64,000 nt of DNA from Paramoeba atlantica (Eukaryota; Protista; Discosea). The DNA lies in NCBI GenBank assembly GCA_977017575.1, contig CDRNVI010000044.1, positions 62,001 through 126,000 on the forward strand, written 5' to 3'. Below, piece after piece: positions 56,481-64,000 of the stretch. The notes beneath the pieces were generated by a model. The model had not been told where the DNA came from. It saw nothing but the letters and a program-made list of their open reading frames with translations, and did no database searches. Numbering within the stretch: the stretch's first letter is position 1; every line of letters begins with the position of its first letter. The position numbers and the translations under genes are program-made.

Positions 56481-56834
56481 CCAACACACCGATTGAAAGG
56501 CATGTAAAGATAGACCAAATAGCTGAAAATGACGAAACGAATAGTGAAAAATACAAAAAAATCGGTCAAAGTGAAGCATTATTTCACACTTTTTTAAAAC
56601 ATTTATTATGGCCCTATTTTGGCAAAAAAGAAAAACTTAACTCTCTTGCCCTTGTTCTAGAACGATTTCCACGTTCTCGCAATGTCATTTGAGGTGCTAA
56701 AATAGGCGACGAAGGGCATAATCTTCATGTTTTCCTCTCTTTAGCTTACTTTTCACAATTTCTGCGCCGAACCTCAGCCGATTACCTCGCGCTTCTTCCC
56801 CACTACCAAGCGTACCGTCACCGCGAAAAACGTA

Positions 56835-57408
56835 CAGCTGTATGTAAACAAAAGTCAGAAAAATACTTTCAATGCACGTAAAATATGATAACGCAACATT
56901 TAGAACACATAAAAAAATTAACAAAAAAAAATATTTTTTATGTGAAATAATGCTTCACTTTCACCAAAAGGTCGTCGCAAATGTTTATGCCTTTGAGGTC
57001 TTCGAAGTCTAGTTGTGAGTTGTCGTTCGATTGAGTATAGTTCGCTGCAAAATGTGTTTTTAGTGTTTCTAGTTTATCGCTGATTGATTTACCTGCTACA
57101 CGAAGCGTGGTTCGTTCGTCACCTATGACTTCCATTATCATCCTCCAGGCTCCTCGCGGTCGTTTTTTGAAGTTCTTCTCTGGAACTTGACGGTGATACT
57201 GAAGCAAATTTCGGTTTTTTCCTATTTTTTCCTATCAAATTCTCTGACTGTAGAAAATGTTTCTCCAGAGATTTTTTGGTAAAAGTGAAGCATTATTTCA
57301 CATAAAAAGTAATTTTTTTTGTTAATTTTTTTATGCGTTCTAAATGTTGCCTTATGATATTTTACGTGCATTGAAAGTATTTTTCTGACATTTGTTTACA
57401 TACAGCTG
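56835..57408. mobile_element. 574-bp MITE, ~134-bp TIRs starting CAGCTGTATG, TA TSD
   Basis: 56835-56968 is the reverse complement of ~57275-57408; TA flanks both ends. Confidence 0.8.
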
Positions 57409-57418
57409 TACGTTTATC

Positions 57419-58502
57419 GGCTATGTCTCTACTTCGTTGAATATTCAACGAAGCGCCGTCGGTTCGTTGAACGATTCAAGAAACCGATTTTTTGTTTTTT
57501 TTCGCCGAAATTTTCTAGGATTCTGCCAGCGAAGCCCACTTCTGGAGGCAAAAGCCCCCGTCTGCGAGCAAGGCCCAACTGTGAGCGTAGCCCTGGGACA
57601 TAATTATATTTTTTGGCGACCCGCTCGCTCCAGCGCGCGGGTCGCGCACTGAGAGCCTATGTCTGCCACTTCCGCAGGATTGTCCAGAGGCAAGGCCCAA
57701 CTTTGAGCGAAGCCCACTTCTGGAGGCAAAACCAAATATGTTTTGATGTTCATACGCTCGTTGGCGCAGAGATACAGCCCTGGATGCGACAGCCGATATC
57801 ATCGGCACAATCCGTAATGACGGATGTCGCACCAAGGGGATTAGCACGGACTCTGTCGGTAGAGGGGGTCCAGGTAACTCGCCCTCTCTTTACGCAGCCG
57901 GAGGGGCGTACTGCAACCGACTCGGTCCCAGTCGGTAGAGGTGGTCCAGGCAACTCACCACCTCTTTACGCAGCCGGAGGGGCGCACTGCAACCGACCGC
58001 TGCCTCGCGATAAGACGAGGCAGAGCCACGCCCAGTGGTGCTCAAGGGAGGCCACCATGGCGCATGGCTCCCCGGGAAGGAAAGGGCGCGAAGGGAAGAA
58101 AGCCGGGGAGGGAAGAAAACTCACTCAAAGAGTGAGCCGGGGAGGGGTGATGGGGTGGAAGCACGTCCGCTACTTCGCCGAGAAAGAGGGACAGTTTCGG
58201 CCTTAGTGCCGGCCGGCAACGGGCATATAACAGTAAGACTATGCCCGTTGCCGGGGAAAGAAAAGATGAACTAAAGGAAAATATACCAACAAGGTACAGA
58301 AACTGTATCTTTATCGTTATAAGATCGACAAATACATGAGATCAAATACATGAGATCGACTTGCCGAAAAAGAGTTTCTAGTACCATGCGCTACCTTTGT
58401 TGCTCCGTTGAGATAATTTAAAATGTTAAAAAAATCGAACGCTAGCTCGAAAAAAAATTAAAATCCCGTTCGTTGAATATTCAACGAAGTAGAGACGTAC
58501 CC
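57419..58502. mobile_element. 1084-bp non-autonomous DNA element, TIR GG(C/G)TA(T/C)GTCTCTACTTCGTTGAATATTCAACGAA, 8-bp TSD CGTTTATC, carrying an SL-like exon
   Basis: TSD at 57411-57418 and 58503-58510. Same terminal 5-mer pattern as 24872..25977. Confidence 0.85.
58213..58320 (-). ncRNA. Putative SL RNA gene or pseudogene: exon 58287-58320, GT donor, pyrimidine tract, 15-bp hairpin (58213-58254)
   Basis: ATAACGATAAAGATACAGTTTCTGTACCTTGTTG|GTATAT. No clear Sm site was recognised. Confidence 0.55.
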
Positions 58503-58997
58503 CGTTTATCTCTGGAGAAAAAATCTCTGGAGAAACATTTTCTACAGTCAGAGAATTTGATAGGAAAAAATAGGAGGGGGGCCACCGCTAATGCGGCACT
58601 ATTCTGCCATATTCTGCCGATCGCAGGGGTTTCGTCCTTTTGAGGCGTACTTTATTTTTGGAACCTGCCCCGCGCTGCGAAGCGGCGTGCTTTTTTTGAT
58701 TTGGTGGTTATATACCCCTCCAGTAATAGAATCGATTTTGGATCCAAATGGATCAAATCCTTGTTACTGAGGGGGTATATTTTTTGGGAGAGAAAGGTGC
58801 TTTTTTGTTCATGAGTGCGTTGATTTTCAGTCCATCCAACCCCGCAACCACGCTCCACATTCGCTCCGTAAAAATAATCTTTTACTTTTCTTTTGGATTT
58901 TTTTTGGAATTTCGAACTTGTCGCGCCCCTCCTGCGCGTACCAGGGGGGGTCACCCCCAATGGGGGGGAATTATCGCCGCGGCGTACTCTAACACTT

Positions 58998-59439
58998 GCA
59001 CACTCTAATGGTGCGGGCGTAGTTGGTAGACGGTGGGCCTTCCAACCTGCAGGTTGTTGGTTCGATTCCCGCTATCGACAAAACTCGCAACCTGGCGGCC
59101 TCACTACAAAGGGAAACTGATCAGGAGTGCCTTCAAGGCCCACACCCAACCCCGCTCCCCTGGAGGACCGACCCGGCACCGCCGAGCTGAACCAGGCTCC
59201 AGCGCAGCCGCTAAATTGCGAGCTGCTTACGCAAAGGAGGCTTGAGTCACAGCCTACACGATGCAACGGGGTTGGACGCCCGTCCTGGTAGCTACGGTTG
59301 GGTAGCCGTGCTCGGGCCGCAAAGCGTCGAGTGCCGTCTGGGAAGGGGGTACCAAGACAATGAAGGTCGGTGACCTGAGACTCTACCCTAACGGTTGGCG
59401 CTGCAGAGCCTTCCGTGTCTTCTTCTTCTCTCTTCTTCT
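58998..59439 (+). mobile_element. tRNA-derived SINE-like element, (CTT)n tail, 10-bp TSD TCTAACACTT
   Basis: A-box-like GTAGTTGGTAG, B-box GGTTCGATTCC, Gly(TCC)-like loop CTTCCAA and poorly pairing stems. TSD at 58988-58997 and 59440-59449. Confidence 0.7.
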
Positions 59440-59879
59440 TCTAACACTTCCCTTCGCTGGATTTCGAAACATAAAATTTTTAAAGAGCATATGCCCCCCC
59501 TGGACCCCCCATTTTTTTCAATTTTGTTTTTCAATGTTTGGACCTACGACGACTATGTTGTATGCCGGGTGACGCTTCGCGAGGAAGGGATTGCAAAGTC
59601 AATCCTCGACCTCATCACGTATCGTGCTGTGTGGCTTGGTGCACATGAAAAAGAAATCATGTGATGAAGTAAGCTCTCGAACTGCAATCAAAACAAGGCA
59701 AATACTAAAAATTTAAGACTTTTAACACACATCTATCAATAACGGCATCATCTCTCGTCTGCGGTATTCCTTCGTCGTAAACTCATACCTTACCTTCAAT
59801 CACGTACTTCGGCTACAGCGATGCGCCACACGCGAAATTCGGAAATGGTTAAACGTAGCGAAATCAGCAACTAGTGAGC

Positions 59880-60500
59880 TGCTCTATTCAGAGCATGGCT
59901 GGAATCTCATGAGTCTGTCAAAACTTTGGCTTCTTTCCACTGTGGGGACAATGGAACAAATGGATAAATCGCGTGATCCCGAGGTCCAGCACGCTTTACG
60001 TGAGCGCATCAGGCGAGAAGCGAACAAAAGGAGAGCAGGATATATTCGCCCACCGACGGATATGCACAGTACAAGCCATTGTAGCGTCCGAAGACTCCTT
60101 GGAAGCGAATACGAGCGACACCTCACGGAAGCCGTCCAACGGCGTACTGCCGTAGCAGGACGATGGTTTAGAATCGCAACGGAAGCAGACCTTGCGAGAG
60201 ACTTCGCCGCCGCCCTATGCAACCTTAAGAGTGAATCGCTTTCGCGGTTCACATCCTCAGTGCTTACCGAGACGCCGCTCCCAACCAGGGCATCTCTTCG
60301 TAGGTGGGGAGTATCGACACATGCGAGCGATAAATGTCCCATCTGTGACACCGAGACACAAACTACGCGGCATATTCTATCTGGTTGTAGGAAGTCACTC
60401 GAACAAGGGAGGTATACCCTACGGCATAACATGGTACTACAGGCATTAGCGAACTCCGTACAACGATTCTCCTCCACTAGTCAATGTCACTTCGATCTCC
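59880..60500 (+). pseudogene. Fragment of a second R4/NeSL-like element (thumb to CCHC)
   Basis: SRDPEVQHALRERIR and CPICDTETQTTRHILSGCRKSLEQGRYTLRHN; homologous to 30523..33606. Confidence 0.85.
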
Positions 60501-60639
60501 CGAGAAAATTGGGATGGGATAATCTTAGAACAGGGCGAACGAGAGGTCCTATTAAAAACTGCCCTACGCATCATCCGCGCAAACTCAACTCCCCGAGACA
60601 TGCACCATGTATCGCAGGTGTGAACATAAGCGAACCCTC

Positions 60640-61000
60640 TTCGCCGTTGTAGACGCGACCACAAAGCGCTGGGCCGTTTGACCTATGAAGGACGGATTCC
60701 CCATAAAAGAAAACGTCTTCGAGCAAGAGTTTCAGTTAGATATTGTATTGGCCGAGGCGACAGCCATATCCAAAGCGATAAGCATCGCAGTGCGCAGCGG
60801 ATTCGCGAACATAATAATTACGAGCGATAACACGGCCGCGTCTCGTGCGTTCGCCAAAGGATTTTCAAAAATTGAAGCACTGGATTCCATAATACGAGCT
60901 CATCAATAGTTTCACGGGCGAATTGTCTTAGCTGACATCGCAAGCGAAATGAATCTCGCAGATATTGGGACCCGCCCACAAAAAGAGTACAGCCGCGCCG
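60640..61000 (+). pseudogene. RNase H fragment of a different DIRS/YR-type family
   Basis: VVDATTKRWAV, AEATAI, ITSDNTAA and IASEMNLADIGTR across a frameshift and a stop. Confidence 0.65.
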
Positions 61001-61518
61001 AGTATGATTTTCGTCGTACAAGAACATGGGAACAGCTTCAAACGGCGTGGCAAATTTACAAATTGTATGGAATAACATTTCTAAGCAGAAACAAGTAGAA
61101 ATTGTCCATACCTCCTCATTATAAGCATAAGTGGAAGCTTTATCTCATATCCGCATGGTATTATTATATGAAGCTTTATCTCATATCCACATGTATTATT
61201 ATTACATTAGTGATAAACAGTTCATAAACACTTATGACATACACTCTAATGCGTGTATACACATCACCTCAAGATGTATACATTTCTTACGTCCACCTTC
61301 TTCCTAAGTGTGCTAATACTCAGGGTTCGCAGAAACTATAAAACTATCAATATAGTACTATATAGTTACTATAAACTTTTTTCAAAAACTATAAAAAACT
61401 ATATTCTTTTTCTTCGTATTTCAAGGTGCTTTTAAGCCCTTTGACGCATCCTATTCATATGCAAATGTGTTTTTATCCCTTTTTTTCTTAATTTTTCTTC
61501 ATTTTAAAACCGAAACAG

Positions 61519-62303
61519 ATGCCCGAAACGAAACTGACGAGGGGAAATTTCTGTAAAGACTATTTTAGTGAAGTACCGCGCACGGAAGGACAGAAACCAG
61601 CGGTGGAATGCAACCTGTGTGAGGAGGGAAGTAAGAAGCGTTTTTTGGTTCCAAGAGGACTATCGACAGATTATCATTCCGCAGAGAAGCACTTAGTGAA
61701 ACACGACAAAAAATATGATACCTGGTGTGCTGAACAAAACAAAAAGCGTCGACGTGCAAATCCGACGTTGAACATCTCGTCACCAGCGTCCAAACCTCAG
61801 GACCATAAGGATATAATAGTTTGGAAAGCAGAGTTCGGAATTTCAACCGCAGCTCTTGAGCATCCTTTGTTTCTTAACAGAATTGTACGAGGCATGTGTC
61901 CCACTCCACCTCGAAGGGAAAAATTAAACGAACTGACCATTGAGTATGCTAAGCAAACTAGAGTAAAGATGCGTTGACCTTGTTTTTAAATTTTTGGACG
62001 TGAGTTTTGTGTTTAGACACAGCCACTTTTCACCATCGTACGACCTGCGCCGTTACAATGATCAACAATGGTGTGTCTATGTGTTGGACCGTCAGACCCA
62101 TGCCCGCAAGTGATGCATCCGCCTTTCAACTTCTATTAAAAGGGGTTATAGAGGAGCTTTACGCCGATCGAATTTTTGTGGCGCACGCAGTTTCAGACGC
62201 AGTTGCATTCAGAGCGCAATTGCTACGAGCGAGTAGACTTATCCACTATTTACTAAAAACGGATACTTCGAGTTTGGGCTATATTTCTTTTAGCTTTGGG
62301 TAG
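61519..62303 (+). pseudogene. hAT-like transposase N-terminal remnant (BED finger)
   Basis: YF..VECNLC..STDYHSAEKHLVKH and LCLDTATFH; AT-rich TATAGT subterminal repeats nearby. Confidence 0.65.
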
Positions 62304-62437
62304 GCTAAGTGCGGAGGTGGAGTGACGATGGACGTATAAAAACGCGTGTGTGTTACTCACTTACACAAAAAATACCATTTGGAATGCAGCAAAAGTTTAT
62401 AGTTTTCTTATAGTTTTATAGTAAAATACAGTAAATA

Positions 62438-63976
62438 CAGGGGTGCGGGTCTAAAGGTGGGGGGGTCTAAAATTCGTAAAAGTTGTCCAATTTTGGAAAA
62501 TAATAGCGCATTGGATAGCTCTCACAGAGTTGTATGTTTTAGGCGCATTAAAATCCTGTGATTTTAACGTACATATTTTTTGATACCACATTTCGCTTTT
62601 TTCCCTCGCAGGAATTACATTTTTTACTAGAAAATGCCCCAAAAGCGCGCTCGCTCGAGGACTTCCCGTGGAGTACTGAGCGATAGATCGTATTCTTCCC
62701 CCGCCCCCGTCAAAGAGAGTCACCGCATGCTTTCGGTGGCGGAATACGAGCGCACAGGATCGTACTCCGCTACGGCGCAGCACTTTGGTGTTCATGAGAA
62801 CACTGTAAAACGTTGGGTTGAACGTTTTACCCTTACGGGTGACGTGTTAACGGCATCCCGAGAGCGTGTCTCGACGGTGGTTACCCCCGCGTTCCTGGAT
62901 GTGGCTCTCAAGCTTGTCGACGAGGGGTATCGCGACCTTGTTTACGGCGTAGAGAGCTGGAGCGATCTTCTGCGAGAGATCCGTAGCCAAGGATTCACCT
63001 GCAGTCGACGGACCCTAGTCGACACATTGAAGAAGCAAGGCGTTGTGCTCCGCACTCTTCGGCGACGACCATCACTCACACTCGAACACAAGGAGAAACG
63101 GTTGCAATTTTGTAAGGCGATGCTCGAGAAGAGCGACGCTCAACTCCTTCATTTTGTTTATTGTGACGAAAAGAAGTTTACTTGCGGTCGTGGGCGTTCC
63201 GGGCGAACTTACCTTTGTCGGAGGACGGACCCCCATAAGGAACAACGAGGCGAGCTAGAATCATGGTACGGCGGAAATGGGATTATGGTTTGGATGGGTG
63301 TGAGCCTCAAACACGGCTTCCATCTCCACATTTTCCCTCCTCGAAATTCAGAAGGCCAGAAACTCACCGTTACGGGTGAAATTTTTGATCAGGCTATGAA
63401 AAAGCCACGGGGCTTTCTTCAATATTTAAAGCGACATCCAGCGGCCACGATTGCCATGGACAACTGCCCGGCCCACAACAAGGCGCGTGCCACGTTCCGT
63501 GATACAGGAATTTCCGTTCTCCCCTGGCCTGCAAAATCTCCAGACCTGAATCCGATCGAAAATTTGTGGTCTGTGATGGACACAGACAAAAATCTTCTTC
63601 GACCCCGAAATCGACAGCAACTGGAAGCCGCCATTGAGGGGTCTTTCCTTAAATTGAAACAGACCCACTCTGCAACGGTTCAGAAAACGTTGAAGAGTTT
63701 CAGGAAGCGTTGTGAAATTGTTATTAGTCGGAACGGGGGGCACTGTGGTTACTAATTGTCTTTTGCAATCCAAATTACAGAAATTATTGACATCACTAAA
63801 GTATTGCAATATGTGTTTTTGACCCTTACATGAAAGGGGGGTACCCCCCAAACCCCGGATGCTACCTATCCTAAAACATACAACTCTGTGAGAGCTATCC
63901 AATGCGCTATTATTTTCCAAAATTGGACAACTTTTACGAATTTTAGACCCCCCCCACCTTTAGATTCGCACCCCTG
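62438..63976 (+). mobile_element. Tc1-like transposon 2, ~105-bp TIRs starting CAGGGGTGCG, TA TSD
   Basis: Inverted termini read directly; TA at 62436-37 and 63977-78. Confidence 0.92.
62634..63755 (+). CDS. Tc1-like transposase, DD32E, intact
   Basis: HFGVHENTVKRWV HTH, YCDEK, MDNCPAH and WPAKSPDLNPIENLW. Confidence 0.9.
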   Translation: MPQKRARSRTSRGVLSDRSYSSPAPVKESHRMLSVAEYERTGSYSATAQHFGVHENTVKRWVERFTLTGDVLTASRERVSTVVTPAFLDVALKLVDEGYRDLVYGVESWSDLLREIRSQGFTCSRRTLVDTLKKQGVVLRTLRRRPSLTLEHKEKRLQFCKAMLEKSDAQLLHFVYCDEKKFTCGRGRSGRTYLCRRTDPHKEQRGELESWYGGNGIMVWMGVSLKHGFHLHIFPPRNSEGQKLTVTGEIFDQAMKKPRGFLQYLKRHPAATIAMDNCPAHNKARATFRDTGISVLPWPAKSPDLNPIENLWSVMDTDKNLLRPRNRQQLEAAIEGSFLKLKQTHSATVQKTLKSFRKRCEIVISRNGGHCGY

Positions 63977-64000
63977 TATAGTACTATATAGTAACTATAT

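Noticed and set aside
57515-58274. Several overlapping 60-197 aa ORFs inside the SL-carrying element
   Set aside because: The sequence is GC-rich with internal duplications, and there are no transposase or other domain motifs.
59008-59080. Functional tRNA-Gly(TCC) gene
   Set aside because: The acceptor and T stems pair poorly, the anticodon loop would be 8 nt, and the sequence heads a TSD-flanked unit with a simple-repeat tail.
1-64000. Reassigned genetic code or telomeric repeats
   Set aside because: Intact TE ORFs of 900-1000 aa read through in the standard code, and no tandem TTAGGG-type array is present.

Overview
This 64-kb window is a eukaryotic nest of transposable elements, and I recognise no ordinary host gene in it. 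A spliced-leader (SL)-like exon with the kinetoplastid/diplonemid core CAGTTTCTGTAC...TTG and gag-YR-RT/RH (VIPER/TATE-type) retroelements point to a euglenozoan host. Because cut-and-paste DNA transposons are abundant, the host is probably not a trypanosomatid (inference). Contents: about 12 CRE/SLACS-like RT-RLE copies or fragments in two subfamilies; one large R4/NeSL/HERO-like RT-RLE element plus a fragment; two APE-type (RTE-like) LINE pieces; four tyrosine-recombinase retroelements, one complete with A-B-A-B split direct repeats; two Tc1-like DD32E elements; two pogo-like elements; three hAT remnants; a probable Merlin remnant; several MITE, foldback and SINE-like inserts with readable target-site duplications (TSDs); and 18-bp tandem arrays. 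The strongest leads are: (1) SL sequence fixed at the 5' ends of three unrelated retroelements, plus an SL exon with a GT donor carried inside an 8-bp-TSD non-autonomous DNA element; (2) a ~65-aa module apparently shared by CRE, RTE-like and VIPER-like proteins; (3) six Mer3/HFM1-like Cys/His knuckles at the N-terminus of the R4-like element. All family assignments come from reading motifs by eye; no searches were run.
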